From the human T2T-CHM13v2.0 reference genome, Homo sapiens, in the NCBI RefSeq assembly GCF_009914755.1, contig NC_060929.1: a stretch of DNA of 64,000 bases; one strand, given 5' to 3'. A program made the position numbers and the translations under genes. Shown here in pieces: positions 46,140 through 59,689 of the stretch. The notes beneath the pieces were generated by a model. The model searched no databases and had not been told where the DNA came from. It saw nothing but the letters and a program-made list of their open reading frames with translations. Numbering within the stretch: position 1 is the stretch's first letter; each line of letters begins with the position of its first letter.

Positions 46140-46380
46140 AGTTTTGTGGTTATTAAGAGTACACATCTTTGAGGCAAACCTAGATTCTGGGTCCGCCACT
46201 AAATATGTAATTTTGGGGAAATTACCTAACCTCTCTGGGTTAGTTTCCCATCTGTAAAATGCACTGATGATATTTTAATATCTGCCTTCCGGAGTTACCA
46301 CGAGAATTAGATAAGATGTTGTATGTGAAGCAATTAACACCCCCTTGATACTTAGTAAGCACTCAATAAGCATTCTTATT
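46140..46380 (+). mobile_element. MIR
   Basis: TTACCTAACCTCTCTG...AGTTTCCCCATCTGTAAAATG...TAGTAAGCACTCAATAA. Confidence 0.75.
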
Positions 46381-46590
46381 AATGGAGAAGTCAAGTCCAA
46401 CACAATCTCTGCAATCCCTTGGCTGTCCAGCTAGGGTAGAAACCAATTATTGTTGTGTCCACAGTCCCGACTAAAGGAAAAAGGTATGTGTGTTGGAGTG
46501 GAAGGAGGGTGAGGTTAACCTATCCTCAGGCCTATGAGAATTTGCTCTTAACCCTTAACTATAAGGATCTTAAAACACCTCCAAGTGTTT

Positions 46591-46695
46591 TAAGAATGTA
46601 AGGGTCATTCTTACAATGACCCTTAAGAATGTAAGGGTCATTGGTATAAATGAAAGCAAAGAATGTAAGGGTCATTGGGATAAATGAAAGCAAAG
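46591..46695. repeat. Complex direct plus inverted micro-duplication
   Basis: AAGAATGTAAGGGTCATT at 46592, 46625 and 46659 with inverted pieces at 46606-46625. Confidence 0.9.
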
Positions 46696-48669
46696 TTACA
46701 TACTGAAAAGTCAAAAACTGACACAGAAATGGAGCTATATTAGAAGAAGGCTATAGCCTTACTTCTGCCTCCATTTCTAACTATATTATTTGCAGATGAA
46801 TTAGAACAGGCGAGGTGGGGCTGGCACAAAACATGTTCCCATGACACAAGACAATAACCAGCTCACACATCTTTGGTGGCCCCTGGTACTGAGCACCAGA
46901 GGCCCTCATTGAGGACAGGCACTCCTTTTTCACCTAAAAGTATTTCCTCTCTACTGGGAATCAAAAATTGCCTTCTACAAACTAAATTGCCAGCAACATT
47001 CATCAAGAAAATAGCACTAACTTAGCATAAGAGGCCTTGGATTTAGAAGACGACACAACAACGTCTAGAGACCCAACATGATTGTCAAAGACTGGGGAGC
47101 TTGCTGAGTGGGTGAGCAAACACATTCTGAGTAGCCTCTGTATTGGGAGGTGAGAATTCCTATATAAAAGTGCTAATAATCTGCATTAATTGATTTGTTG
47201 AAAAAATAAAAAATAAAAATAAAGTCACTTATTAACAGCCAGTAAATACAGAATTCCTTCCTTGGGTAATGGATGGCATAATGGGACATTGCAAACTTGA
47301 GAAATGGAACCATTTCTGATTTATGAAGGCATATACAGCTAAGCTAACTTGTAGGGTTACTTTGATGGGATAGAAGAAAAATAACCCATTTAAACTCCTC
47401 TCACAAATCACTTTTTAAAAATGCTTCCTTTTTAGACCATTAAAACTTAAAGTAAACTAAAACTATATTGTTTAAGAATACATAAATAGGTGTAAAACTA
47501 CAGTGGAAAACAAGAACATGAACATCTTACTGTCCTTGTTAGGATACTTACCTAGAGGGGGAAGGAAAAGGGATAAATTAGGTGGAGTCATTCAGGAAGG
47601 TGTAAGCAATGTCCTGTTTCTCAGCTTTAATGTTGATCTATACTGGTGCTTGTTTTTTATATACTAGGGTTTGTTTTTTATACAGGTGTTTGTTTTATAA
47701 ATCATTAAACTAAATTTGTTTTGTGCAAAAAAATAAGACATTTATTAGAGAAGTATATATTAAACTAACGGTAGTTATGTCTACTGGAAAGAAGTAGAAC
47801 TGTGAGAATCTGTCACAGTGACTGTTGTTTTCCTAAAAAATACTTCAGCATCATTATTGTAATAGTATGTAAGTGCTGATTCACTTAAGCTTTGATTCTA
47901 GAGATACTCAGCAACATTCTTTCAAGAATGCAGTACCGAGGTATGAGCTAGTATTATACTAGAAAGGGCCTCTCTTCAGAGTGGCTGCTGTTAAGCCCTT
48001 CTGCTGTCTGTATCTTGATTGACAATAGACATTTTGCTGATGCATAAGATGTCAAATTAGTCCAATTAATTATGTGATACTAATGACTATTTATTTGCTT
48101 GATGCATGCTAGAAATTCTCTCCTATTTGTGCAATTACAGGTATTCAAGGAATGTGGATTGTCTAGAGTTGTTAAAGATCTGCTCACTCTTGTGTGTACA
48201 AGGGAACTGAGTAACATGTCTCCTTAGGAATGGAAACTAATCTCTGATACATTCTATATCCAACCATTGTTTCAATCAAATGAGACTGACTAGATGACAT
48301 AGAAATAAGCCAACCTGTACTCTGACACCTGAAAGAGCAGATGACTGAGATTTCATGGAGCCTGCAGATCAAATTTGTGAATAGTTTTATACCTGCTAGC
48401 TAGTGAATATTTGTTGAATATGTATTTGACTATATAACAGACTTCAGTCTGAGACATGTATTCATTTTAATCTGGTAGCAAGGTTGTGGAGAAGAAGCTA
48501 ACCATTGCTACTTCAAAAATCTTTTGTGGCTATTGTTATCAAGACAAAAAAGAAAGAACCTAAAAGTTTTGCATGACTAACATGATGAAAGTTGGTTCAC
48601 AACAGAGTCTTTTGCTTTTTGCTGATCTTTTTCTAAAATTATTGACATTTGTAAATTGAATGAGTCTTA

Positions 48670-49440
48670 TTTTACAAAAAGAAAAACTATTAAAATACCT
48701 AATAGAAAAAGAAGCAAAAGACCTAAGGAGACATTTCACACAAAAAAAAATATATATAGTCAATAAACATGTAAGGAGCTGTTCAACATTATTATTAATC
48801 AGAGAATTAATCAATGTGATATCATTTTAAACTCGTTCATTTGGCAAAAAAATAATACTGAGTCTGACAATAATTGGCATTTTCAAGAATATGGAGCCAC
48901 AGAATCTTCTATGTCTTGCTGGAAGTAGATTAAATTGGCTCAATCACTTTGGAAAATAATTTTTCTCATCTCAAGGAGTTAAACATTCACATGCCCTCTT
49001 TCACTCCCAGGGGTATACCCAATAGAAATCCTTGTGCCAGTACTCTAAGAAACATGCTCAAGAATGTCTGTAGCAGCACTGTACACAAAAGCAAAACCTA
49101 GAAATAACCCAAATGCCCATCAACAAGATGGAAAAAAATGACATATTCATACAACAAAGTCCTATTCGAAAATCTCATAAATTAACAATAGCAATACACA
49201 ACAATATAGATGAATCTTAGCAGTATGTTATTAAGTTAAACATAATTCTCAAAAGATTACACACACAGTAGGATATCTTATTTAGGAATAGATACAAATG
49301 CGATAAATTATATTAAAAGAAAAGCAAGAGAAAGCAAGGGAAGAGGGTGATGCTTCCCAGGGAAGAGAAAGCTAGGAATGGGGTGGTACAGAAGAAGGAA
49401 ACCATATAACTTGATGTAAGTTATTATCAAGAATTTAGCT
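48670..49440 (+). mobile_element. Ancient L1M (ME-like) ORF2 end and 3' fragment
   Basis: GCAAAAGACCTAAGGAGACATTTCAC, AACCCAAATGCCCATCAACA. Confidence 0.65.
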
Positions 49441-49449
49441 CCTGTCTTT

Positions 49450-49749
49450 GGCCAGGTGTGGTGGCTCACACCTGTAATCCTAACACTTTTGGAGGCTGAG
49501 ACAGGCAGATCACTTGAGGTCAGGAGTTTGAAACCAGCCTGGCCAACATGGTGAAACCCCCATCTCTGCTAAAAAGAAAACACAAAAAATTAGCCAGGCG
49601 TGGTGGTGCACACCTGTAGTTCCAGCTACTCAGAAGGCTGAGGCAGAGAACCGCTTAAACCTGGAAGGCAGAAGTTGCAGTGAGCCAAGATCACACCACT
49701 GCACTCCAGCCTGGGTGACAGAATGAGACTCTGTCTAAAAAAAAAAAAA
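49450..49749 (+). mobile_element. AluS (Sz/Sx-like)
   Basis: Full dimer; AAGAATTTAGCT repeated at 49429-49440 and 49748-49759. Confidence 0.92.
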
Positions 49750-50455
49750 GAATTTAGCTTTTATTTTTGATGATGAGTTTATGAATGATTATATTAATCA
49801 TGATGGATGAGTAGATAAAAGCAGGCCATACATAAAACAATGGTGAGGTTGTATTATGAGACATCCATTAAGTTTTCTCCATTCTGTGCACTTGAAGACA
49901 AAATCAAAACAAATCAAGGAGAAAAACAAAATAAACTTTAAATCATATATATTTATATACATATAGTAGGCAACCCAATTGTGTTTATTCTAGATGAAAA
50001 CTATTGCTGTTATCTTGCTTCTCGCATTAAAACATCTGTATCAAATTGTTTTTTAATACTATCTTAAGGATTTTTTTTTACATTTTATGCTCTAGCCAAA
50101 GCCAAGTATAGTTGGATAGTTCTTTGACTTTCCACAGTTTTTTTAAGTGAAAAGAATATTATATATCATTTTTATGTTGCAAATGACACAGTAATTACCA
50201 AACTAAATAAAATATTTCAAGATCTTTTTGTTACAATTATGAATTTCTTGCTGGAACCCAATTAATTTGAATGGGAAAAAAATCAGCTGTAAAAATCACC
50301 AAGAAGGAATAAAAGACATTGTATATACCCATTCAGAAGTGTAAGCAACAAAATTCCTGCTTTGAATAAAAGCATTACTACACGAAAGTAAATAAAGTAT
50401 TTTGGAATTTGCTGAGATAATTGTTACATGAAAACATTAAGAACAAGTTTTTCTT

Positions 50456-52469
50456 TTTTTTTTTCCTTTCCAATTTTTATTTTAGATTCAAGGGGTACAT
50501 GTGCAGGTTTGTTACATGGGTAAATTGCATGTCATGGGGGCTGTGTACAGATAATTTCATCACCCAGGTAATCAGCATAATACCCAATAGACAGGTTTTT
50601 AATCCTCACCCTCCTTCAAACCTCCACCCTCAGATAAGCCCCATTGTTTATTGTTCCCCCTCTTTGTGTCCATGTGCACTCAATATTTAGCTCCCACTTA
50701 TAAGAGAACATGCAGTATTTGGTTTTTCTGTTCCTGTATTAATTCACTCAGGATAATTGCCTCCAGCTCCATCCATATTGCTACAAAGGACATGCTCTCA
50801 TTTTTTATAGCTGCATAGTATTCCAGGGTGTATATGTACCATATCTTCTTTACAGTCCCCTGTTGATGGGCATCCAGGTTGATTCTATATCTTTGCCATT
50901 GTGAAGAGTGCTGCAATAAACATACCTGTGCATGTTTCCTTATGGTAGAATGATTTATATTCCTTTGAGTATATACTCAGTAATGGGATTACTGGGTTGA
51001 ATGGTAGTTCTATTTTAAGATCTTTGAGAAGTCTCCAGACTGCTTTCCACAGTGGCTGAACTAATTTACATTCCCTCCAGCAGTGTATATGCCTTCCCTT
51101 TTCTCTACAATCTCACCAGCATCTGTTATTTAATTGTGTTTGTTTGTTTGTTTGTTTTGAGATCGAGTTTCGCTCTTGTTGCCTCCTGGGTTCAAGTGAT
51201 TCTCCTGCCTCAGCCTCCCAAGTAGCTGGGATTACAGGTGCCCACCACCATGCTTGGCTAATTTTTGTACTTTTAGTAGAGACAGGGTTTTACCATGTTA
51301 GCCAGGCTGGTCTCGAACCCCTGACCTCAGGTGATCCACCCACCTCAGCCTCCCGAAGTGCTAGGATTACAGGCATGAGCCACCGCACCAGTCCTTTGAC
51401 TTTTCATAATGGCCATTCTGACTAGTGTGAGATGGTATCTCATTGTGGTTTTGATTTTCATTTCCTAATCATTGGTGATATTGAGCATTTTTTCATAAGC
51501 TTGTTGGCTGTGTGCACGTCTTCTTTTGAGAAGTGTCTGTTTACGTCCTTTGCTCACTTTTTAATGAGGCTGTTTGTTTTTCTCTTGTTAATTTGTTTAA
51601 GTTTCTTACAGATTCTGGATATGAGACCTTTGTCAGCTGTATAGTTTGAAAATATCTTCTCCCATTCTGTAGATTGTCTGTTTGCTCTGTTGATAGATTA
51701 TTTTGCTGTGCAGAAGCTCTTTAGTTCAATTAGGTTCCATTTGTCAAGTTTTGTTTTTGTTGCAATTGTTTTGGAGTCTTTGTCATGAAGTCTTTGCCTG
51801 GGCCAATGTTCAGAATGGTACTTATTGTTCCACTGGTCTATGTGTCTATTTTTCTACCAGTACCATGCTATTTTAGTTACTGTGGCCTCTATAGCATAAT
51901 TTGAAGTCAGACAGTGTGATGCCTCCAGCTTTGTTCTTTTTGCTTAGGATTTCTTTGGCTATTTGGGCTCTTTTTTAGTTCCAAATGAATTTAGAAATTT
52001 TTTTAATTATGTGAAAAAAATGTCGCTGATTTGATGGGAATAGCATTGAATTTGTAAATAACAAAATCAGTGGTTTAATTGATTCTTCCTATCCATGAGA
52101 AGAGAATATTTTTCCATTTGTTTGTGTCATCTCTGATTTCTTTCAGCAGTGCTTTGTAATTCTCTTTGTAGAGACCTTTCACCTCCCTGGTTAGCTGTAT
52201 TCCTAGGTATTATATTCTTTTTATGGCTATTGTGAATAGGATCGCATTCTTGATTTGGCTGTCAGTATGTACATTGTTGCTATGTAGAAATGCTACTGAT
52301 TTTTATACATTGATTTTACATCCTGAAACGACTGAAGTTGTTTATCAGATCTAGAAGGCTTTGGGCAGAGACTATGGGGCTTTCTTGTTATAGTATCATA
52401 TCATCTGCAAACAGAGATAGTTTCACTTCCTCTCTTTCTATTTGGATGCATTTTATGTCTTTCTCTTGC
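50456..52469 (-). mobile_element. 5'-truncated L1 (about L1PA15-16) with an internal deletion and a nested Alu
   Basis: L1 3' UTR reversed from 50456; TSD CAAGTTTTTCTT at 50444-50455 and 52470-52481; ORF2 discontinuity near 51820. Confidence 0.88.
51138..51394 (-). mobile_element. AluS with (CAAA)n tail and short right-arm deletion
   Basis: (TTTG)n then GAGTTTCGCTCTTGTTGCC joined directly to TCCTGGGTTCAAG. Confidence 0.88.
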
Positions 52470-52555
52470 CAAGTTTTTCTTAAATGTGTTCCTTTTCATC
52501 TCGATCCTATTTACTACATATTCAGCAGAATGTTCTTTCTCCAAATTAAAACTAT

Positions 52556-52850
52556 TTTTTTTTTTTTTGAGACGGAGTCTTGCTCTGTTGCCCAGGCTGG
52601 AGTGTAGTGGCCTGATCTCGGCTCACCGCAACCTCCGCCTCCTGAATTCAAGTGATTCTCCTGCCTCAGCCTCCAGAGTAGCTAGGATTACAGGTGCGCA
52701 CCACTGCACCCAGCTAATTTTTGTGTTTTTAGTAGAGGCGGGTTTTCAGCATGTTGGTCAGGCTGGTCTTGAACTCCTGACCTCAGGTGATCCACCCACC
52801 TCAGCCTCCCAGAGTGCTGGGATTACAGGCACGAGCCACCAGGCCTGGCC
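52556..52850 (-). mobile_element. AluSx-like
   Basis: Full dimer; TSD TAAAACTATTTTT at 52547 and 52851. Confidence 0.93.
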
Positions 52851-53354
52851 TAAAACTATTTTTAAGATGAAGAATATGAGATATAAGAAAAAGAATACAA
52901 GATAAGAGTATAAGAGAATAATATTTAATGACTTCCCAACCCTCCATATAAAAACTCAAGCAGTGAAAAAACAGAAGTTTGTTATGCTAATGTCAAAATC
53001 ATGACAAATACCATTCCCAGTATGGAAGCACCATTATTAACAGAATAATGCATTTTATATAATATCATATTTTATTTTCAATTTCAATTTTCTTACATAA
53101 TAAAAATGTCATTTTTTCAAGAACAGTGTTACTTGAATACTAACAATTATAACCCTAAATAAGACATTTATCTGAAAGCAGTTTTATTTTCACAAAGACC
53201 TAATATTTGTTGAATATTTAGTATGTGCCAAGCCCATTGCTGACACATACTACTTTGATGTGGTATCTCCTTGTTTGTAAAACACTTGGAAAATATATGA
53301 GTATGTGTTTTTTGAAGATCTATAGTGGATCATACTGTTCAAAATATAACCACT

Positions 53355-53660
53355 GGCCAGGCGCAGTGGTGCACACGTGTAATCCCAGCACTTTGGGAGG
53401 CTGAGTAGGGAGGATCACATGAGGCTAGGAGTTTGAGACCAGCCTGGTCAACATGGCAAAACACCATCTCTACGAAAAATACAAAAATTAGCCGGGCGTG
53501 GTGGTGCACGTCTCTAATTCCAGCTACTCAGGAGGCTAAGGCACAAGAATCGCTTGAACCCAGGAGGCAGAATTTGCAGTAAGCCGAGATCACACCACTG
53601 CATTCCAGCCTGGGTGACAGAGGGAGACTCTGTCTCAAAAAATAATAATAATAATAAATA
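53355..53660 (+). mobile_element. AluS with (AAT)n tail
   Basis: Full dimer followed by about 6 AAT units. Confidence 0.92.
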
Positions 53661-54468
53661 ACTACTAGTTATTCTTGTAGTCATGCTTACTACTGACACA
53701 ATGAGTGAGGTGCCATGCAGGAGAATGTAAATACTGTCCTGGCATTTTTTAGTAGGCAACTGTTGTCTTGGAGGCATATCACTTCCACAAGACTATATCC
53801 CAGCAGAAACAGTCAGAGAGCAACTGGAGACACAGGAGAATTTATCCCCTTTTCTTTCTTTAGGGTGCTTGGTAAAAGCCCTGCAGCAGAATGTTGGCCT
53901 GTGATGAAGTACCCCAGGTCACCCTGAACAGTTGTGAGTATGCACTCTACACAAGGCACCCATGGGGGCCAAAGAGGTGCTGGATCCACCAGCATAAATT
54001 TAACTTGTAGTTTTTCCTAATTGGTATATCTGGAGGGGCACTTTCTTGTAATTTATTTGCCTAGAAAGAACAAGTTTTTCTAATTCACATGGAAGTTCAG
54101 TGTATATTTGCTGAGACTTTGAAAGCTTCCAACTGGAACTGCCAGGAGTCTAATACCCCTGATGGGTTCTAGGCAACTGTTGTCTCTGAATATGAGAAGA
54201 TGATGTACTGATGAATTATTCTGACAATCTTAATGCTAACTACTAAGGGGAGGTTGCATGGATGTTTCTCTCCTTCTGCATGTAGCAGAGTAATGCAGCC
54301 GAAGCTAAAACAAAGCTGAATCCCTTCTCCCAGAGCTCTGCACAATTATAAATTAGTTTTAGTTAACTTGAAACAAAACATGCACCATCGCTCCAATTAA
54401 AGGGACTTTAAAAACACCCAGAATACTTCCTACTAACACCTTAAAAACATATCTGCCACCCCCTACTA

Positions 54469-54786
<318 letters not shown>

Positions 54787-55239
54787 AAATATCCATTAGT
54801 CATACATTGAGTGAACTCACCAAAAAAACCCTCTATTAAAATAATTAACATTTGTTGCTTATTTTACAGTATACAAAATTATTAGTATTTTCTATCTTCC
54901 TTAGCAAATCTTGAGGAAACAGAACAAACATCAGTGGCTGTATTTTATGTGAGGAAAAATTGAGGATAATAGATTTGCCAGACACAGGTAATAAATGGCA
55001 GTCAAAACTAAAAAGCAAGTCTTACAGTTTCCCAATCTCTGTGCTTTGATCAGGCACGAAGCTGTTCTCAGTGATCCATGAGCCACCAAGTGCTCATAAT
55101 GAATCAAAGGACAAACTGAGGGACCCCATTGCTTGAATAGGGAGCAGTTGGTTGGAAAGGATTTGAAGCACAACAAAATAAAATGGAATGGCTGAATGTC
55201 TTCATGTCGATGGAGGGGAAGGTAATGTATGTCAGCCAG

Positions 55240-55740
55240 AGAGATGAGCAGGAGCACAGGTAGAGGAAGAGGAAAGCCTGGGAGGTGTTGAGAGAATGAC
55301 CCAGTTTAGCTAGATTAAGAGGTGCAGAGAAAGACTAGGAAAGTAGACTAGGGTCAAAGCACAGAGAGCTTTGAGTAATACTATGGAATATTTGGATCTA
55401 ACCCAGCTGGCAAGCAGTAAGTTCTCTGAGTATGGGAGTAGTGTGATCAGAACTGTGTTTTGGAGCAGTTAACTTGGTAACAACGTGTAGGATGTGTTAT
55501 GGAAGGAAAGCCAGAGGCAAGGAGACTAGGTGTGATGCCACAATAGCCCAGGTGGGAGAAAGTGAGGAATTAAACTGGAATCAAAGCATTGGAATGGAGA
55601 GGAAGGGATGAGCATAAGAGACATTGCAGAGAAAAATATGGTTACTAAGATTTGATGCTTAATAAAATAGGACAATGAAAGAGTACAAAGAATCAAATAT
55701 GAAACTTAATTTTTTCAGTCTGTATAACTGAGGAATTATC
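55240..55740 (-). mobile_element. L2 fragment
   Basis: Purine-rich L2 ORF2 reverse signature (GAGTAGTGTGATCAGAACTGTGTTTT, GAGGCAAGGAGACTAG). Confidence 0.55.
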
Positions 55741-55760
55741 TGTTCATATAAAGGGAATGC

Positions 55761-56050
55761 TTTTTTTTTTCCCCCCCAGACAGAGTCTTGCTCTGTCACC
55801 CAGGCTGGAGCATGATCTCGGCTCACTAAAACCTCCACTTCCCAGGTTCAAGCAATTCTGGTGCCTCAGCCTCCCAAGTTACTGGGACTACAGGTGCATG
55901 CTACCATGCCCGGCTAATTTTTGTATTTTTAGTAGAGATGGGGTTTCACCATTTTGGCCAGGCTGGTCTCGAACTCCTGACCTCAAGTGATCCGCTCACC
56001 TCGGCCTCCCAAAGTGCTGGGATTACAGGCATGAGGGACCATGCCCAGCC
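55761..56050 (-). mobile_element. Alu (S-like)
   Basis: Dimer reversed; TSD TAAAG(G/T)GAATGCTTTT at 55749 and 56051. Confidence 0.92.
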
Positions 56051-56237
56051 TAAAGTGAATGCTTTTAAAAAAAAAAATCATTAGCTTCTTAAATTTTGTC
56101 CTGGCTTACATCATAAATCCATAATGAAGGAGGTTCACATCAAGTTATTAACCCCTGTCCTGCTGGCAAAAAGATGGCAATGGTCCTTAGAAAGCCTCCA
56201 TTTTAAAATGTCTCACTTTTTTTTTTTTAAGCTTCAC

Positions 56238-56365
56238 TTTTTTTTTTTTTAATAATTATTATACTTTAAGTTTTCGGGTACATGTGCACAATGTGCAGGT
56301 TAGTTACATATGTATACATGTGCCATGCTGGTGTGCTGCACCCATTAACTTGTCAATTAGCATTA
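56238..56365 (-). mobile_element. Very short young L1PA 3' end (about L1PA3-4)
   Basis: Poly-T then ATTATACTTTAAGTTTT...GTGCCATGCTGGTGTGCTGCACCCATTAACT. Confidence 0.88.
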
Positions 56366-56499
56366 TTTTATCTTACCACTGAGAGATTCGCTTTAGTTAG
56401 CAAGCTCCTCTTTTAAAATGCAAATGAACCCTGGAAGAGTTGTACCATTATTCAAACCAAAGTGTAAATGATAATAACTGGATAACCAGATATACTGAT

Positions 56500-56660
56500 T
56501 AAGAAAAGGCACACTGTGAGATTAGCACTTAGTATTCCCATTTTACAGACGAGTAAACTGTGATTCACAGAAGTTAATAACTTGTCCAATGTTACACAGC
56601 TAGCAAGTGCTATATCCAATATTTTACCTCTTCTGTCTGATCCCAATGCCTATACTCTTT
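56500..56660 (-). mobile_element. MIR
   Basis: CCCATTTTACAGACGAGTAAACTG...GTTACACAGCTAGCAAGTG. Confidence 0.75.
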
Positions 56661-56905
56661 TCATTTTATTAGTAGATTTCCCTGTAGAATCAAACAATTG
56701 GGGAAAGCCATTTTCTATAAAGGACGACACAAGGAGAAGAGTAGAACATTTTCCAAAATTAAACAACTGTCCTGCAGCATTTCTCCAACATTAATTGCCA
56801 AGATGATAACTATATGGTTCTCTTAGTGACCTGAAAGAGGTAATGGACAAATTTCAAGTCTTAGTAGCTACAGTAAAAGAGAAAAATCTCACATTTGATG
56901 AGAAT

Positions 56906-57611
56906 AGGGGTCACAAACTCAAAAGTCTATAGAGACCAGGCAAATATAGAGATGAGTGAAGTAGGCCAAGTGCAAGCCATAAGTTGGCAATTAGTGCAGG
57001 CCCCGTTTTACAGATCTCAGTAAGGAACAGTGAAGAATTGCATAAAAGGGAGAGTGTAGGCCCCAACTGAAATAGGAGCAGTAACTCATCTCCAGCTAGT
57101 TTTTGAAGGACTGCAAACCAGTATTGTCAAGTTATTTACTTTTTTTAGCCAGAAATTTAGATTATTGTATAAAATCACTCAAATTTTTAAATGCTGACAA
57201 CTAATTCAAATTTAAACATCATTCAAGGGCCAGATGCAGTGGCTCACCCCTGTAATCCCAGCACTTTGGGAGGCCAAGGTGGGCAGATTGATTCATCCCA
57301 GGAGTTCGAGACCAGCCTGGGAAACATGGCAAAACCCCGTCTCTACCAAAAATTAGTTGGGCATGATGGTGCATTCCTATAGTTCCAGCTTATTCAGGAG
57401 GTTGAGGTGGGAGGATCACTTGAGCTCAGGAGGAAGAGGTTGCAGTGAGCTGAGATCATGCCACACTAATCCAGCCTGGGTGAGAGAATGGGACCCTGTC
57501 TCAAAAGAATAATATAAAGTAAAATAAAACATCATGCAGGCCAGGACTGTATAAGTTAAACCAAACACACTTAAAGGGGATTTGGGCCACAGGCTATCAG
57601 TTTTTTACCTC
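56906..57611 (+). mobile_element. MER45-family hAT element interrupted by an Alu
   Basis: AGGGGTCACAAACTCAAA start and AGTTTTTTACCTCT end (degenerate TIRs); TTTTTAAATGCTGACAACTAATTCAAAT internal motif. Confidence 0.6.
57228..57526 (+). mobile_element. AluJ
   Basis: GGTGGGAGGATCACTTGAGC J-type; AAACATCAT on both sides. Confidence 0.9.
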
Positions 57612-57869
57612 TAGAATGTAAAAAATATGATCTTCAAGATAATGTTGGGAGTCATTGTCACAAACTTGCTGAGTTGAAACATTATCAGATATTAGTGCCT
57701 TTTTTCTAGAAGTTTGCAATCTACTGGGACAGAACAGCCTACTTAATTCCGTATAAATAGGACTAGTCAAAAACAACATGCTGAATAAATGGTGAATATG
57801 AGTGTACTGCCACACATCCACCATCCCAAGATCTATTTGAATGTCACATGATGATATGAGCCACATTTG

Positions 57870-59240
57870 CCATCCATAAATCAGCATGAATTATCTGCTG
57901 GGCTCCATTCTGGATTCTGAGGATAAAGCAGAAAACAGCAAGGTATCTGTCTGCATGGAGTTTACACTCTAATATTGCAGTTATCATCCTATCATGACCA
58001 TTGATATGAAGAAAAATAATGCAGCACATGGCAATAGGAAAAAGAGAGTCATCCAAGAAGCCTCTCTGAGAAGGGTTCATTTGATGGAGAGTAGGATGTA
58101 AAGGAGAACTCAGTCATATCCAGGGTAGAAGCATTGCAGAGGAGAAAAGAGCAAGGACAAAGCTGTGAGGTGGGAAATTGCCTTAATTATTGCAGGAACA
58201 GTTAAGGCCATGTAGGGCCGCAGGGAGGCTGGTAGGGGATGAGTTTGGGTGCTAGCCGAGGACCTGTTCATATAGGGCTCTGTAGGGCTTGAGAAGGACT
58301 TTGCTTTTATTCTAGTTGTAAGGAGAAGCAATGGCAGGAAACAATCTGACTTACATTTTTAAAGTTTCATTTCTGGATGCTGAGCAGAGAATGTGCTACC
58401 AGGGTCACAAGAGTGGAAGCAGGGAGACAAGTCATGAAACTGCTGCAGTGGTCCAGGACAGGGGGAGTGGTGAGGACTCAGTCAGTGATGATGGAGATGG
58501 TGAAGAGCAGTCAGTGAAGGTGAAGTCAGCAGGATTTGCTGATGGAGTAAATATGAGGATATGAGATAAAGAAAGGATCAGGAATGTCCCCACAGTGTTT
58601 TGCATAACCAGCTGGGTAGACAGTGGTATCACCTTCTGAGTTCTTTCTTGTACAAGGAAAGAACAAGTTTCTTTTTAGGGGAAGAGCAATGTGGAATCAG
58701 GAGTGTGTTGGAAATATTAAATGTGGAAGTCTACTAAATTTCTAAGTGGAGATGCTTAGACAGCTGAGTTTCAGTCTGGAATTCTGGGGAATAGTCAGCA
58801 CTGGAACTAGAGAGAGGGTATCTAAAGTTACGGAAGTGCACGAGGTCTTCTGAGGGAGAGAGAAGAAAGGGAGCAGAGCTATGAGAACAAGCCCTGGAGT
58901 GCTCTGGGCAGAAGTCATGAGAAGAAAGGGAGGTCCAGTACTGAGACTGAAGAGGCTCAGAACAGGAGAGATGGAAAATCAGAAATGGGGGTTGTCCAGG
59001 AGCCTCGTGAGGAAAGTGTTTCAAGAAGGCAGTGAATTGATGTGGAATACTTTGAAGAGGTCAGGGGAAATGAGAACTAACTGATCGTGACATTTATCCA
59101 CATGGAGCACAACAGAGACCTCGATAAGAAGCATTTCAGCAATGTGGAGGTGAGAGCAGTCTAACTGGAGTGGGTTCAAGAGAGACTGGGAAGCAAGCAG
59201 ACTGAGACAGCAGTACAGCCAATTCTCTTGAGGAGTTTAT
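57870..59240 (-). mobile_element. Long L2 (L2a-like) fragment
   Basis: CATGGAGTTTACACTCTA, CAGGATTTGCTGATGGA, GAGTTTCAGTCTGGAATTC, GGAGTGGGTTCAAGAGAGA in L2 order. Confidence 0.75.
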
Positions 59241-59689
59241 TTTTAAAATATATTCCAGAGGAGAAAGAAAGAAAATTCTCCTCACACACACATAAATTTT
59301 CCAACCTGTTAGAATTCTTCCCAATTACAATTCACCACCTAACACCATACTTAAACCTAAACACAAGTCAAAATACAGCAAATCATTGGTAGACTAAATC
59401 TCAATAGAAAAAGCCATGCCCAAAAAACATAACTCACCTCCAAAAACTAGCCTCAAATACTGTATCTAACCAAAAAGCCTAATCAAACTGCTTTCTCTCA
59501 TTTCTCATTCCACTTTCTCTAAGTACACTTCTTGTTACCCAATTCCCTCAAGTAATCTCAATTACAATGAAAATACGAACAAAGATCAATTCTGCATGCC
59601 AGAAACCTGCATGTGTTCCTCATACTTTGAGAGAAGACAAGATAGCTATATATGCAGATGACACTTTACTATGGAAGACAGATTGATAG

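Noticed and set aside
52486-52905. 139-aa ORF and other Alu-overlapping ORFs
   Set aside because: Standard translations of antisense Alu sequence
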